A stretch of 64,000 nt of DNA, from assembly GCF_003334785.1 (NCBI RefSeq), contig NZ_QOWV01000001.1. One strand, 5' to 3'. How positions within the stretch are numbered: position 1 is the first letter of the stretch; the number at the start of each line of letters is the position of its first letter. Below, piece by piece: positions 1 through 13,391 of the stretch. Origin of the DNA: Escherichia coli (GTDB lineage: Bacteria; Pseudomonadota; Gammaproteobacteria; Enterobacterales; Enterobacteriaceae). A model generated the notes under the pieces. That model was not told the origin of the DNA and ran no database searches. It saw only the letters and a program-made list of their open reading frames with translations. Made by a program: the position numbers and the translations under genes.

Positions 1-621
1 CAAATGTCGCTCACCACCGCTTTCCATGAAAACTTTGGTGAAGGCGAACGCTGTGATTTAGACACGACTTACCGTTTTAACAGTCGTATCGGTGAGGTGG
101 CAAACCGGTTTATTCAGCAGAACCCAGGCCAGCTGAAAAAGCCGCTAAACAGCTTAACCAATGGAGACAAAAAAGCCGTCACGTTATTGGATGAGAGTCA
201 ACTTGACGCTTTGCTGGATAAGCTCTCTGGTTATGCCAAACCGGAAGAGCGCATTCTGATCCTGGCGCGTTACCATCACATGAGGCCTGCCAGCCTGGAA
301 AAAGCGGCAACACGCTGGCCGAAGTTGCAAATCGACTTTATGACCATTCATGCCAGCAAAGGGCAACAGGCGGATTACGTCATCATCGTTGGCTTGCAGG
401 AGGGAAGTGATGGTTTTCCGGCTGCGGCGCGGGAGTCGATTATGGAAGAGGCGCTACTGCCACCGGTTGAGGATTTCCCGGACGCTGAAGAACGGCGGTT
501 AATGTACGTGGCGCTGACCCGGGCACGCCATCGGGTATGGGCACTGTTTAACAAAGAGAATCCCTCTCCCTTTGTGGAAATACTGAAAAATCTGGATGTG
601 CCGGTGGCGAGAAAACCGTAA
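1..621 (+). CDS. helD: DNA helicase IV, C-terminal part (5' end lies outside the window)
   Basis: ORF 4..621 is in frame from nt 1 with no upstream stop; C-terminal sequence recognised as HelD; position upstream of mgsA. Confidence 0.8.
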   Translation, partial: QMSLTTAFHENFGEGERCDLDTTYRFNSRIGEVANRFIQQNPGQLKKPLNSLTNGDKKAVTLLDESQLDALLDKLSGYAKPEERILILARYHHMRPASLEKAATRWPKLQIDFMTIHASKGQQADYVIIVGLQEGSDGFPAAARESIMEEALLPPVEDFPDAEERRLMYVALTRARHRVWALFNKENPSPFVEILKNLDVPVARKP

Positions 622-652
622 GAAACAGGTGGCGTTTGCCACCTGTGCAATA

Positions 653-1111
653 TTACTTCAGACGGTCCGCGAGATAACGCTGATAATCGGGGATCAGAAT
701 ATCGACCGCGTCGTTGAAATGCGGCGACTGGATTATGAAGTCTGCCGTTGCCACGTTGGTGGCGACCGGAATGTTCCATACCGTCGCCAGACGCAGCAAG
801 GCTTTCACGTCAGGATCGTGCGGCACGGCATTTAGTGGATCCCAGAAGAAAATCAATACATCAATTTTCCCTTCTGAGATCAATGCGCCAACCTGCTGGT
901 CACCCCCCATTGGGCCACTCAACATCGCGTTGACGTTCATGCCGGTCGCGCGGGAAATTAAGTTACCGGTAGTGCCTGTTGCATACAGTACGTGTTGTTC
1001 CAGTAACGGTTGATGCCGTTCCACCCAGCTCATCAGCATTTGTTTGCAGTGATCGTGTGCCACCAGCGCAATATGTTTCCGCGCAGGTAAAGTGCGAGTC
1101 GTCAGTTCCAT
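653..1111 (-). CDS. mgsA: methylglyoxal synthase (152 aa)
   Basis: ORF 653..1120 contains [24 protein letters not shown]..., recognised as MgsA; start trimmed to the MELTTR methionine. Confidence 0.9.
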
Positions 1112-1206
1112 AATGTACATCCGTAGTTAACTTTCCTACAGATTACTGTAAGCACTTATCGCTGCAAGATAAAGACCGAAAAAGCCTGCGCACAGGCACA
1201 AAAATC

Positions 1207-1869
1207 TCAGGAAGATGGTTGTTTTTCCGCCCACTGCAGGAAAGTATTTCGCGTTTGTGGGTCAGCCAGTTTAAACCAATACTTCAGCCGTTGTTCTGTG
1301 AGCACCTGAGACTGCGGTGGAATAGCATCCAGCTCGGAAACACCCGAAAGCAGCGTACTGTCATCTGCCATCATCGTGGCAAATTGCGGTAGTGAAGCGC
1401 GTTTCGCGGATTTGTTATAGCGTTCAACCTCGACCTCATAATCAATCGTTTTTGCCGTTGAGGTAATGGCGAGAATATCCAGCTTTACCGGAATCGGCGT
1501 CGCATCGCCATCCAACAATTCAAGGCGCGGCGCGGCATCAAAATGGTTAGCTTCCCGCTCATTCTCCAGGCGAGGCAGGCGAAAATTGACCTGGTTGATG
1601 AGCTGGGTATTAAAACTGACCACCAGCGGTGGGGAGATATACAGCCGTTCTTCACTATTGGAAAGATGAATCGTCTTCTCAACGCGAAACACTAACTGAT
1701 GCGGTCCATTATCCAGTTCAATGCTGTCCGCACCGCGCAGCAGAGAGCTGGAAACCTTCTTGCCGTCGAGTACCAGAAGATCGACATCGGTTGAAAGCCG
1801 CAGCGTGGTGGCAAAAACGGATACCGGCAAACATAATGCAATCAAGGTGGTCACGATGCCGGTTTTCAT
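1207..1869 (-). CDS. yccT: secreted protein of unknown function (220 aa)
   Basis: ORF with N-terminal signal-peptide-like segment [20 protein letters not shown]; position between mgsA and yccU. Confidence 0.8.
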
Positions 1870-2041
1870 AGGTAGCTCCTGTCAAAAGACCGCCCGAATA
1901 ATAATGTGTCAAAATTTTTCTTTAATCATACTTACTAACATATAGACATATTTCCCGCTTTTGCTCTCATTCATTCGTATTAGCTGCATGGTTGGCATGT
2001 CGGCTTTGTCGTACACTTTGTTAAACAGTCTGGAGGAAATA

Positions 2042-2455
2042 ATGAAAGAAACCGATATTGCAGGCATTTTAACGTCCACTCACACCATTGCGCTGGTGGG
2101 GGCAAGCGACAAACCCGATCGTCCCAGCTATCGCGTGATGAAATATCTACTCGACCAGGGGTATCACGTCATTCCGGTTTCGCCAAAAGTTGCCGGCAAA
2201 ACGCTGCTGGGCCAGAAGGGGTATGGCACGCTGGCAGACGTTCCGGAAAAAGTCGATATGGTCGATGTTTTCCGTAATTCAGAAGCGGCGTGGGGCGTGG
2301 CACAGGAAGCTATTGCCATTGGCGCGAAAACCCTCTGGATGCAACTGGGGGTGATTAATGAGCAAGCGGCAGTACTGGCACGGGATGCCGGGTTAAATGT
2401 GGTGATGGATCGCTGCCCGGCTATTGAGATCCCTCGCCTGGGCCTGGCCAAATAA
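2042..2455 (+). CDS. yccU: CoA-binding domain protein (137 aa)
   Basis: ATG at 2042 preceded by GGAGG; sequence [22 protein letters not shown]... recognised as YccU; the longer ORF from 1961 has no ribosome-binding site. Confidence 0.85.
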   Translation: MKETDIAGILTSTHTIALVGASDKPDRPSYRVMKYLLDQGYHVIPVSPKVAGKTLLGQKGYGTLADVPEKVDMVDVFRNSEAAWGVAQEAIAIGAKTLWMQLGVINEQAAVLARDAGLNVVMDRCPAIEIPRLGLAK

Positions 2456-2460
2456 AAAAT

Positions 2461-2486
2461 CCCCGGAAGGCAAAAACCTTCCGGGG
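2461..2486. terminator. bidirectional rho-independent terminator between convergent yccU and hspQ
   Basis: Perfect inverted repeat ccccggaagg-caaaaa-ccttccgggg flanked by A-run upstream and T-rich run downstream. Confidence 0.6.
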
Positions 2487-2499
2487 ATTTGTTCAGGGA

Positions 2500-2874
<375 letters not shown>

Positions 2875-4065
2875 TTACATGACGCGACAGGCAAACCCTT
2901 TCAGATATAGCCCTTCCGGATAGGTAGCGATCACCGGATGATCGGCTGCCTGACGGAACTGCTCTATAAATTGTACATCACGACCGGCATCAATTGCGGC
3001 ATCCGCGATGATTTTCTGAAATAAATCGCTGGTCATCAGACCGGAACAGGAGAAAGTCAGGAGAATACCGCCTTCATTCAGCAGCTGAATCGCCAGCATG
3101 TTGATGTCTTTATAACCACGACACGCGCCCATCAACTGGCTTTTATTCTCAACAAACTTCGGCGGGTCCATCACGATAACGTCAAATTTTTCACCGCGAT
3201 CGCGATAAGTACGCAGCAATTTAAAGACATCATCACGGACAAACTCAGCCTTGCTCAGATCCAGTTTGTTCAGCTCAACGTTCTGCCGTGCAATATCCAG
3301 CGCTTCCTGGGAGGTATCAACGCTGACAACCTGGCTGCAACCGCCCATCAGTGCCGATACGGCGAAACCACCGGTATAGGAGAAACAGTTCAGCACACGT
3401 TTATTTTCAACGTAGCGGCGGGTAGCCAGGCGGCTATCACGCTGGTCCAGGTAGTAGCCCGTTTTGTGTCCGTGCTGAATATCCACCAGCAGTTTCATTC
3501 CGTGTTCTTCAATCGGCAGCAGGGCAGGTGGCAACTCGCCGGTGACGGGGCCCTGGGTCAGCTCCATTCCTTCTTTTTTACGTACCGCGACGTCGCTGCG
3601 ATCGTAAATCGAACATTCCGGGTACAGCGTTTGCAGGGCACTAATTAATGCCGCGCGCTGATATTCTGCCCCAGCACTCAGCAGTTGCAGCACCAGAAAA
3701 TTACCGAAACGATCGATAGTAATACCCGGCAGGCCATCAGATTCTCCGGCGATTAAACGATAGCTGTCGAGGCCATCTTTTTGCGCCAGCCAGTCACGCC
3801 ATTTTTGTGCTTGTTGCAAACGGCGGGAAAAAAAAGCAATGTCGATAGACTCAGACGGGTCAAACGTCCAGACGCGCGCCCGGATTTGCGAAGCTGGCGA
3901 ATAAGCGCCGCGTGCTAACCATTTTCCCTGATGATCAACAATATCGATGGTTTCACCGAGGCTGGCTTTACCTTCCATGCGGGCAACGGCCCCGGAAAAG
4001 ACCCACGGATGGCGACGAAGTAATGATTTTTCGCGCCCTTTGGCTAACACTAAACGTACACTCAT
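2875..4065 (-). CDS. rlmI: 23S rRNA m5C1962 methyltransferase (396 aa)
   Basis: Full-length ORF recognised as RlmI (PUA plus SAM-dependent methyltransferase domains). Confidence 0.9.
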
Positions 4066-4159
4066 AATTTACTTTTCTGTCGATGCAAAGAAATGGGCGT
4101 CATTGTCCGGAGTTTTCCATGGATTTGCAACGCGTCCATTAAGGATAAGGAGAGCAGCA

Positions 4160-4438
4160 ATGTCGAAAGTCTGCATAATTGCCTGGGTTTACGGGCGAGT
4201 TCAGGGCGTAGGATTTCGCTACACCACACAGTACGAAGCGAAAAGACTGGGTTTAACCGGGTACGCCAAAAATCTTGACGATGGCAGCGTGGAAGTGGTT
4301 GCTTGCGGTGAAGAAGGGCAGGTGGAAAAATTAATGCAGTGGTTAAAGAGTGGCGGCCCGCGTTCTGCGCGTGTAGAACGGGTGCTCAGCGAGCCGCATC
4401 ATCCCTCGGGGGAATTAACCGATTTTCGTATCCGTTAA
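4160..4438 (+). CDS. yccX: acylphosphatase (92 aa)
   Basis: ATG at 4160 after aaggataaggag; sequence [23 protein letters not shown]... is an acylphosphatase signature. Confidence 0.85.
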
Positions 4439-4764
4439 ATACATTTTACCGGTTTTGGCAGGCCAGCAATTTTGGTGGCTTGCTTAGCCGGACCTTTCGG
4501 AAACAGTCGGTATAAATAGCGGCTGTTACCTTTTTCTTCGCCAAATTTATTCGCCATCGCTTTTACCAGCATACGAATCGCCGGAGAAGTATTGAATTCC
4601 AGATAGAAATCACGCACAAAACGCACCACTTCCCAGTGTTCCGGTGACAGCGAAATCCCTTCGTTCTCTGCAATCACCACAGCCAGCGGCTCACTCCACT
4701 GGCTGCTTTCTTTGAGATAGCCTTCGGTATCCGTTTCTATCTCTTTACCTTCGAAGATCAGCAT
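4435..4764 (-). CDS. tusE: sulfur-relay protein TusE (109 aa)
   Basis: [32 protein letters not shown]... recognised as TusE; start trimmed within ORF 4435..4821. Confidence 0.85.
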
Positions 4765-4854
4765 AATTATTACTACCTTAATCAGACTGGCGGCAGTGTA
4801 ACAAAAAACAAAGCCCCGCATAAAGCGAGGCTATGAAAGTGTTAGCGGGTGAGA

Positions 4855-5514
4855 TTAATCGCGGCTAGCGAAGCCCAGAATGCTCAGCAGGCTGACGAAG
4901 ATGTTGTACAGCGAAACATACAGGCTAACCGTGGCACGAATATAGTTCGTCTCACCGCCATGAATGATGTTGCTGGTTTCAAACAAGATAGCGCCAGAGG
5001 AGATCAGAATGAAGACCGCGCTGATCGCCAGATGCAGAGCAGGCAGCTGCAGGAAGATATTCGCAACCATACCAATCAGCACCACCACAATACCCGCCAT
5101 CAGCATACCGCCGAGGAACGACATATCTTTGCGGGTGGTCAGCACATATGCAGAGCAGCAGAAGAACACTAACGCCGTTCCGCCCAGTGCCATAGCGATT
5201 ACGTCACCCATTCCGGCAGACAGATAGGTGTTCAGAATAGGTCCGAGGATATAACCCAGAAAACCGGTAAAGGCGAATGCGGAGATAATCCCGGTCGGCT
5301 TATTCGCCGTTTTATAGGTCAGGAACATCAAACCATACATACCCACCAGCGTCAGAATCAGACCCGGAGATGGCAGCATCAGCACCGTACTGGCAGTTGC
5401 GGTAATCGCCGAAAAGGCCAGCGTCAGGCTCAGCAGAAAATAGGTATTACGCAGCACCTTATGGGTGCTAAGCAGTGATGTACGGTCATGTGAAGAACTA
5501 ACAATACGATCCAT
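4855..5514 (-). CDS. yccA: inner-membrane protein YccA (219 aa), Bax-inhibitor-1 family modulator of FtsH
   Basis: Full-length hydrophobic ORF recognised as YccA. Confidence 0.85.
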   Translation of the reverse strand: MDRIVSSSHDRTSLLSTHKVLRNTYFLLSLTLAFSAITATASTVLMLPSPGLILTLVGMYGLMFLTYKTANKPTGIISAFAFTGFLGYILGPILNTYLSAGMGDVIAMALGGTALVFFCCSAYVLTTRKDMSFLGGMLMAGIVVVLIGMVANIFLQLPALHLAISAVFILISSGAILFETSNIIHGGETNYIRATVSLYVSLYNIFVSLLSILGFASRD

Positions 5515-5720
5515 TGAGTCACTCTCTATGACAGATGTAATTAATTAAGCAGCATAATGATAATGCGTAAGGGCACCCAGAAGTTTTACCCATCTTTACG
5601 CATTTGATCTGGAACAGGTTTAACAGCGGATTATCAGGTCATTAAGCAAATATAACGCCCTGAGAATTTCGACAGGCAAAAGAAAAAGGGGTTAGCATTT
5701 AGCTAACCCCTTATCTTATT

Positions 5721-5808
5721 TGGCGGAAGCGCAGAGATTCGAACTCTGGAACCCTTTCGGGTCGCCGGTTTTCAAGACCGGTGCCTTCAACCGCTCGGCC
5801 ACACTTCC
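5721..5808 (-). tRNA. serT: tRNA-Ser (anticodon UGA), 88 nt
   Basis: Reverse complement reads GGAAGTGTGGCCGAGCGGTTGAAGGCACCGGTCTTGAAAACCGGCGACCCGAAAGGGTTCCAGAGTTCGAATCTCTGCGCTTCCGCCA, with long variable arm and encoded CCA. Confidence 0.9.
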
Positions 5809-6234
5809 GGAATGACGCGCACTATAAACATCCCGATGCGGCGTGTAAACCCCTAATTTGTTTGTTTGCCTGAAAAACAGCCAAAAGTGCATTGATAGCG
5901 TGAAATAACAGCAGATTGATCATTTCATCACCATGAATTCCTTCTCTTTTACTCGTTTAGCAACCGGCTAAACATCCCCACCGCCCGGCCAAAAGAAAAA
6001 TAGGTCCATTTTTATCGCTAAAAGATAAATCCACACAGTTTGTATTGTTTTGTGCAAAAGTTTCACTACGCTTTATTAACAATACTTTCTGGCGACGTGC
6101 GCCAGTGCAGAAGGATGAGCTTTCGTTTTCAGCATCTCACGTGAAGCGATGGTTTGCCTTGCTACAGGGACGTCGCTTGCCGACCATAAGCGCCCGGTGT
6201 CCTGCCGGTGTCGCAAGGAGGAGAGACGTGCGAT

Positions 6235-7353
6235 ATGAATAACGAGGAAACATTTTACCAGGCCATGCGGCGTCAGGGCGTTACCCGGCGCAGCTTTCTC
6301 AAATATTGTAGTCTGGCTGCCACGTCGCTGGGATTAGGCGCGGGAATGGCACCAAAGATTGCCTGGGCGCTGGAGAACAAACCGCGCATTCCGGTGGTAT
6401 GGATCCACGGTCTGGAATGCACCTGCTGTACCGAATCTTTTATCCGCTCCGCTCACCCACTGGCGAAGGACGTCATCCTTTCCCTGATTTCCCTCGATTA
6501 CGACGATACTTTGATGGCTGCCGCCGGAACCCAGGCGGAAGAAGTCTTTGAAGACATCATCACGCAATACAATGGCAAATATATCCTCGCAGTAGAAGGT
6601 AATCCGCCGCTGGGCGAGCAGGGGATGTTCTGTATCAGCAGCGGTCGACCGTTTATTGAGAAACTCAAACGTGCCGCTGCCGGAGCCAGCGCGATTATCG
6701 CCTGGGGAACCTGCGCGTCCTGGGGCTGCGTGCAGGCCGCGCGACCCAATCCGACGCAGGCAACGCCTATCGACAAAGTCATCACCGACAAACCCATTAT
6801 CAAAGTACCTGGCTGCCCGCCGATCCCGGATGTGATGAGCGCCATCATTACTTACATGGTGACCTTTGATCGCTTGCCAGATGTCGACAGAATGGGCCGT
6901 CCGCTGATGTTCTATGGTCAGCGAATCCACGATAAATGCTATCGCCGCGCCCACTTCGACGCCGGAGAGTTCGTCCAGAGTTGGGATGATGACGCTGCCC
7001 GCAAAGGTTACTGCCTGTACAAAATGGGCTGCAAAGGGCCTACCACCTATAACGCCTGTTCCTCCACACGCTGGAATGATGGCGTTTCTTTCCCAATCCA
7101 GTCTGGTCACGGCTGCCTGGGCTGTGCGGAAAATGGTTTCTGGGATCGCGGTTCGTTCTACAGCCGCGTGGTCGATATTCCGCAAATGGGTACTCATTCC
7201 ACCGCCGATACCGTCGGTTTAACCGCGCTTGGCGTGGTGGCAGCGGCTGTTGGTGTGCACGCAGTCGCCAGCGCCGTTGACCAGCGCAGACGTCATAACC
7301 AGCAACCTACAGAAACCGAACATCAGCCAGGCAATGAGGATAAACAGGCATGA
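6235..7353 (+). CDS. hyaA: hydrogenase 1 small subunit (372 aa), twin-arginine signal
   Basis: ATG at 6235 after aggaggag; [29 protein letters not shown]... recognised as HyaA. Confidence 0.9.
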   Translation: MNNEETFYQAMRRQGVTRRSFLKYCSLAATSLGLGAGMAPKIAWALENKPRIPVVWIHGLECTCCTESFIRSAHPLAKDVILSLISLDYDDTLMAAAGTQAEEVFEDIITQYNGKYILAVEGNPPLGEQGMFCISSGRPFIEKLKRAAAGASAIIAWGTCASWGCVQAARPNPTQATPIDKVITDKPIIKVPGCPPIPDVMSAIITYMVTFDRLPDVDRMGRPLMFYGQRIHDKCYRRAHFDAGEFVQSWDDDAARKGYCLYKMGCKGPTTYNACSSTRWNDGVSFPIQSGHGCLGCAENGFWDRGSFYSRVVDIPQMGTHSTADTVGLTALGVVAAAVGVHAVASAVDQRRRHNQQPTETEHQPGNEDKQA

Positions 7354-9143
7354 GCACTCAGTACGAAACTCAGGGATACACCATCAATAATGCCGGACGC
7401 CGCCTGGTGGTCGACCCGATTACGCGCATCGAAGGCCACATGCGCTGCGAAGTGAATATTAACGATCAGAATGTGATCACCAATGCCGTCTCCTGCGGCA
7501 CCATGTTTCGCGGGCTGGAGATCATCCTACAAGGGCGCGACCCGCGCGATGCGTGGGCGTTCGTTGAACGTATCTGCGGCGTCTGTACTGGCGTACACGC
7601 CCTGGCTTCGGTTTACGCCATCGAAGATGCTATCGGTATTAAAGTGCCGGACAACGCCAATATCATCCGCAACATTATGCTGGCAACGCTCTGGTGCCAC
7701 GATCATCTGGTGCACTTCTATCAGCTTGCCGGGATGGACTGGATCGATGTGTTAGATGCGCTGAAAGCCGACCCGCGGAAAACCTCCGAACTGGCGCAAA
7801 GTCTCTCCTCTTGGCCGAAATCATCCCCTGGCTATTTCTTCGACGTACAAAACCGCCTGAAAAAATTTGTTGAAGGCGGGCAGTTGGGGATCTTCCGCAA
7901 TGGCTACTGGGGGCACCCGCAGTACAAACTGCCGCCAGAAGCTAACCTGATGGGCTTTGCCCACTATCTCGAAGCTCTCGATTTCCAGCGTGAAATTGTC
8001 AAAATCCACGCGGTCTTTGGCGGTAAAAACCCGCATCCAAACTGGATTGTCGGCGGGATGCCTTGCGCCATCAACATTGACGAAAGCGGCGCGGTCGGGG
8101 CAGTCAATATGGAACGCCTGAACCTGGTGCAGTCAATTATCACCCGCACGGCGGACTTCATTAACAACGTGATGATCCCCGACGCCTTAGCCATCGGTCA
8201 GTTCAACAAACCGTGGAGCGAAATCGGCACTGGTCTTTCTGATAAATGCGTTCTCAGCTACGGCGCATTCCCGGATATTGCCAACGACTTTGGCGAGAAA
8301 AGTCTGCTGATGCCTGGCGGCGCGGTGATTAACGGCGACTTCAACAATGTGCTGCCAGTGGATTTGGTTGATCCGCAGCAGGTGCAGGAGTTTGTCGACC
8401 ACGCCTGGTATCGATATCCCAACGATCAGGTCGGGCGTCATCCGTTCGATGGCATCACCGACCCGTGGTACAACCCCGGCGATGTCAAAGGCAGCGATAC
8501 CAACATTCAGCAGCTGAATGAACAGGAACGCTACTCGTGGATCAAAGCGCCACGCTGGCGCGGTAACGCGATGGAAGTGGGGCCGCTGGCGCGCACGTTA
8601 ATCGCTTATCACAAAGGCGATGCTGCGACCGTTGAGTCGGTCGATCGCATGATGTCGGCGTTGAACCTGCCGCTTTCCGGTATCCAGTCAACGTTAGGCC
8701 GCATTTTGTGCCGCGCGCACGAAGCGCAGTGGGCCGCAGGTAAGTTGCAGTATTTCTTCGACAAGCTGATGACCAACCTGAAAAACGGCAATCTCGCCAC
8801 TGCTTCCACGGAAAAATGGGAACCTGCAACCTGGCCGACAGAGTGCCGTGGTGTCGGTTTTACCGAAGCGCCGCGCGGGGCGTTAGGCCACTGGGCCGCC
8901 ATTCGCGATGGCAAGATTGATCTCTACCAGTGCGTGGTGCCGACCACCTGGAACGCCAGCCCGCGCGATCCCAAAGGGCAGATTGGCGCTTATGAAGCGG
9001 CGCTGATGAACACCAAAATGGCGATCCCCGAGCAACCGCTGGAGATCCTGCGTACTCTGCACAGCTTTGACCCGTGCCTCGCCTGTTCAACACACGTGCT
9101 GGGTGACGACGGTAGCGAGCTGATCTCCGTGCAGGTGCGTTAA
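7350..9143 (+). CDS. hyaB: hydrogenase 1 large subunit (597 aa)
   Basis: Recognised as HyaB; N-terminal RIEGH and C-terminal DPCLACSTH Ni-Fe ligand motifs; start overlaps hyaA stop. Confidence 0.9.
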   Translation: MSTQYETQGYTINNAGRRLVVDPITRIEGHMRCEVNINDQNVITNAVSCGTMFRGLEIILQGRDPRDAWAFVERICGVCTGVHALASVYAIEDAIGIKVPDNANIIRNIMLATLWCHDHLVHFYQLAGMDWIDVLDALKADPRKTSELAQSLSSWPKSSPGYFFDVQNRLKKFVEGGQLGIFRNGYWGHPQYKLPPEANLMGFAHYLEALDFQREIVKIHAVFGGKNPHPNWIVGGMPCAINIDESGAVGAVNMERLNLVQSIITRTADFINNVMIPDALAIGQFNKPWSEIGTGLSDKCVLSYGAFPDIANDFGEKSLLMPGGAVINGDFNNVLPVDLVDPQQVQEFVDHAWYRYPNDQVGRHPFDGITDPWYNPGDVKGSDTNIQQLNEQERYSWIKAPRWRGNAMEVGPLARTLIAYHKGDAATVESVDRMMSALNLPLSGIQSTLGRILCRAHEAQWAAGKLQYFFDKLMTNLKNGNLATASTEKWEPATWPTECRGVGFTEAPRGALGHWAAIRDGKIDLYQCVVPTTWNASPRDPKGQIGAYEAALMNTKMAIPEQPLEILRTLHSFDPCLACSTHVLGDDGSELISVQVR

Positions 9144-9161
9144 CAGCGAAGGAGAATCATC

Positions 9162-9869
9162 ATGCAACAGAAAAGCGACAACGTTGTCAGCCACTATGTC
9201 TTTGAAGCGCCAGTGCGCATCTGGCACTGGTTGACGGTGTTATGCATGGCGGTGTTGATGGTCACCGGATACTTTATCGGCAAGCCGCTACCTTCCGTCA
9301 GCGGCGAGGCGACGTATCTGTTCTATATGGGCTACATCAGGTTAATTCACTTCAGCGCCGGGATGGTTTTTACCGTGGTTTTGCTGATGCGGATCTACTG
9401 GGCTTTTGTTGGCAATCGATACTCCCGCGAGCTGTTTATCGTGCCGGTATGGCGTAAAAGCTGGTGGCAGGGCGTGTGGTATGAAATCCGCTGGTATCTG
9501 TTTCTGGCAAAACGTCCGAGTGCCGATATAGGCCATAATCCCATCGCCCAGGCGGCGATGTTCGGCTATTTCCTGATGTCGGTCTTTATGATCATCACTG
9601 GTTTTGCGCTGTACAGCGAACACAGCCAGTACGCTATTTTTGCGCCGTTCCGTTATGTGGTGGAATTTTTCTACTGGACGGGTGGCAACTCAATGGACAT
9701 TCACAGCTGGCATCGGCTGGGGATGTGGCTGATTGGCGCGTTTGTGATCGGTCATGTCTACATGGCGCTGCGTGAAGACATCATGTCCGACGACACGGTG
9801 ATCTCCACCATGGTCAACGGCTACCGTAGCCACAAATTTGGCAAAATAAGTAACAAGGAGCGTTCATGA
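9162..9869 (+). CDS. hyaC: hydrogenase 1 cytochrome b subunit (235 aa)
   Basis: Membrane ORF recognised as HyaC; operon position. Confidence 0.9.
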
Positions 9870-10453
9870 GCGAGCAACGCGTGGTGGTCATGGGGCTGGG
9901 CAACCTGCTGTGGGCCGATGAAGGCTTCGGCGTGCGGGTGGCGGAACGGCTGTATGCCCATTACCACTGGCCCGAGTATGTGGAGATTGTCGATGGCGGT
10001 ACTCAGGGACTGAACTTGCTGGGGTATGTCGAAAGCGCCAGCCATCTGTTGATTCTCGATGCCATTGACTACGGGCTGGAACCTGGAACGCTGCGAACCT
10101 ATGCCGGAGAACGCATTCCGGCTTATCTCAGCGCGAAGAAAATGAGCCTGCATCAGAACAGTTTCTCCGAAGTGTTGGCGCTGGCGGATATCCGCGGACA
10201 TCTGCCAGCACATATTGCCCTCGTCGGTCTGCAACCCGCAATGCTCGACGACTACGGCGGTAGCCTGAGCGAACTGGCACGGGAGCAACTGCCCGCTGCG
10301 GAACAGGCGGCGCTGGCGCAGCTTGCTGCGTGGGGAATTGTGCCGCAACCGGCTAATGAATCGCGCTGTCTCAATTATGACTGTCTGTCGATGGAAAATT
10401 ACGAAGGCGTTCGCTTGCGCCAGTACCGGATGACACAGGAGGAGCAGGGATGA
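9866..10453 (+). CDS. hyaD: hydrogenase 1 maturation endopeptidase (195 aa)
   Basis: Recognised as HyaD; start overlaps hyaC stop. Confidence 0.9.
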
Positions 10454-10848
10454 GCAACGACACGCCATTTGATGCGTTGTGGCAACGAATGCTGGCGCGC
10501 GGCTGGACGCCAGTCAGTGAATCCCGTCTTGACGACTGGCTTACGCAAGCGCCAGACGGCGTGGTGTTATTAAGCAGTGACCCGAAACGCACGCCAGAGG
10601 TCAGCGATAATCCGGTAATGATTGGCGAATTACTGCGCGAGTTTCCCGACTATACATGGCAGGTGGCGATTGCTGACCTTGAGCAGAGCGAAGCCATCGG
10701 CGATCGCTTTGGCGTCTTTCGCTTTCCTGCCACTTTAGTGTTTACCGGCGGAAACTATCGCGGCGTGCTGAATGGTATTCACCCGTGGGCGGAACTGATA
10801 AACCTGATGCGCGGGCTTGTCGAACCGCAGCAGGAGCGTGCCTCATGA
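10450..10848 (+). CDS. hyaE: hydrogenase 1 chaperone HyaE (132 aa)
   Basis: Recognised as HyaE; start overlaps hyaD stop. Confidence 0.85.
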
Positions 10849-11702
10849 GCGAAACTTTTTTCCATCTGCTGGGGCCAGGAACGCAACCGAACGATGACAG
10901 TTTCAGCATGAATCCACTGCCGATCACCTGTCAGGTGAATGATGAACCGAGTATGGCGGCCCTGGAGCAATGTGCTCACAGCCCGCAGGTGATTGCGCTG
11001 TTAAACGAGTTACAACATCAACTAAGCGAACGCCAACCGCCGTTGGGCGAGGTGCTGGCAGTCGATCTGTTAAATCTCAACGCCGACGATCGTCACTTTA
11101 TCAATACGCTTCTCGGGGAAGGGGAAGTGTCAGTGCGCATTCAGCAGGCTGACGACAGTGAAAGTGAAATACAGGAGGCGATCTTCTGCGGATTATGGCG
11201 GGTGCGCAGACGTCGCGGCGAAAAGTTGCTGGAGGACAAACTGGAGGCTGGCTGCGCGCCGCTGGCGTTGTGGCAGGCGGCAACGCAAAATCTCTTGCCG
11301 ACAGATTCGCTGTTACCGCCGCCCATTGATGGCCTGATGAATGGCCTACCGTTGGCGCATGAGTTACTGGCACATGTACGTAACCCCGACGCGCAGCCGC
11401 ACAGCATTAATCTGACGCAATTACCCATCAGCGAGGCTGATCGGCTTTTTCTCTCACGTCTCTGTGGGCCGGGAAATATTCAGATTCGTACCATTGGCTA
11501 TGGCGAGAGCTATATCAACGCCACGGGGTTACGCCATGTCTGGCATTTACGCTGTACGGACACCTTAAAAGGCCCGTTACTGGAAAGTTATGAAATCTGC
11601 CCAATACCGGAAGTGGTGCTGGCAGCGCCAGAAGATTTGGTCGACTCTGCGCAGCGGCTTAGCGAGGTATGTCAGTGGCTGGCGGAAGCTGCACCGACGT
11701 AA
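10845..11702 (+). CDS. hyaF: hydrogenase 1 maturation protein HyaF (285 aa)
   Basis: Start at [10 protein letters not shown], overlapping hyaE stop; the longer ORF from 10785 rejected. Confidence 0.85.
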   Translation: MSETFFHLLGPGTQPNDDSFSMNPLPITCQVNDEPSMAALEQCAHSPQVIALLNELQHQLSERQPPLGEVLAVDLLNLNADDRHFINTLLGEGEVSVRIQQADDSESEIQEAIFCGLWRVRRRRGEKLLEDKLEAGCAPLALWQAATQNLLPTDSLLPPPIDGLMNGLPLAHELLAHVRNPDAQPHSINLTQLPISEADRLFLSRLCGPGNIQIRTIGYGESYINATGLRHVWHLRCTDTLKGPLLESYEICPIPEVVLAAPEDLVDSAQRLSEVCQWLAEAAPT

Positions 11703-11835
11703 AAAGACGGTAAGTATCGCTTTCAGTCTTATGAATATCGCAATCGGCGAATACCTCTGGTCGTAGAGTTTCAGGATAAAGAGGGAGATCTACCATTATC
11801 GGGTTATTTTTCTCTCTTCGCCTACAGGAGTGCGC

Positions 11836-13380
11836 ATGTGGGATGTCATTGATTTATCGCGCTGGCAGTTTGCTCTGACCGCGCTGTATCACTTTTTATT
11901 TGTACCCCTTACCCTGGGGCTGATTTTTTTGCTGGCTATTATGGAAACCATTTACGTGGTCACCGGCAAAACAATCTACCGCGATATGACGCGCTTCTGG
12001 GGTAAGCTCTTCGGTATCAATTTTGCTCTTGGCGTGGCTACCGGCCTGACCATGGAGTTTCAGTTTGGTACTAACTGGTCATTCTATTCCAACTATGTGG
12101 GCGATATTTTTGGCGCACCGCTGGCGATGGAAGCATTAATGGCCTTCTTCCTCGAATCCACCTTTGTCGGGCTGTTCTTCTTCGGCTGGCAACGGCTGAA
12201 TAAATACCAGCACCTGCTGGTGACGTGGCTGGTGGCGTTCGGTTCAAATCTCTCTGCGTTGTGGATATTGAATGCCAACGGTTGGATGCAATACCCGACC
12301 GGTGCGCATTTTGATATCGACACCCTGCGTATGGAGATGACCAGCTTCAGCGAGCTGGTCTTTAATCCGGTCAGCCAGGTGAAATTTGTGCACACCGTAA
12401 TGGCGGGCTACGTGACCGGGGCCATGTTTATTATGGCGATCAGCGCCTGGTATTTACTGCGCGGACGGGAGCGCGATGTCGCATTACGCTCGTTTGCCAT
12501 CGGTTCCGTCTTCGGTACTCTGGCGATTATCGGTACCCTGCAACTCGGAGACAGTTCTGCGTATGAAGTCGCGCAAGTACAACCGGTAAAACTGGCGGCG
12601 ATGGAAGGGGAGTGGCAAACGGAACCTGCACCTGCACCGTTCCATGTGGTTGCCTGGCCGGAACAGGATCAAGAGCGTAACGCCTTTGCCCTCAAAATTC
12701 CCGCGCTGCTAGGGATCCTCGCCACTCACTCATTAGATAAACCCGTGCCGGGTCTGAAGAATTTGATGGCTGAAACCTACCCACGCTTGCAACGCGGACG
12801 TATGGCCTGGCTGTTAATGCAGGAAATATCGCAAGGCAATCGTGAGCCGCATGTGTTGCAGGCATTCCGGGGACTGGAAGGTGACCTGGGCTACGGCATG
12901 TTGCTCTCCCGCTATGCGCCGGATATGAATCATGTCACAGCCGCACAGTACCAGGCGGCGATGCGTGGCGCGATACCTCAGGTTGCGCCGGTATTCTGGA
13001 GTTTCCGCATCATGGTGGGCTGTGGTTCCCTGCTGCTACTGGTGATGCTGATTGCGCTTGTCCAGACGCTGCGTGGCAAAATCGACCAGCATCGCTGGGT
13101 GCTGAAAATGGCGCTCTGGAGTTTGCCGTTGCCGTGGATTGCGATTGAAGCCGGGTGGTTTATGACCGAGTTTGGTCGTCAGCCGTGGGCGATACAGGAC
13201 ATCTTACCGACATACTCCGCGCACTCCGCTTTAACCACAGGACAACTGGCTTTCTCACTGATCATGATCGTAGGGCTTTACACCCTGTTCTTAATCGCCG
13301 AAGTCTACCTGATGCAGAAATATGCCCGTCTGGGGCCGAGCGCGATGCAGAGTGAACAACCGACGCAGCAACAGGGGTAA
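11836..13380 (+). CDS. appC: cytochrome bd-II ubiquinol oxidase subunit I (514 aa)
   Basis: [29 protein letters not shown]... recognised as AppC/CbdA. Confidence 0.9.
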
Positions 13381-13391
13381 AGGAGAAAATC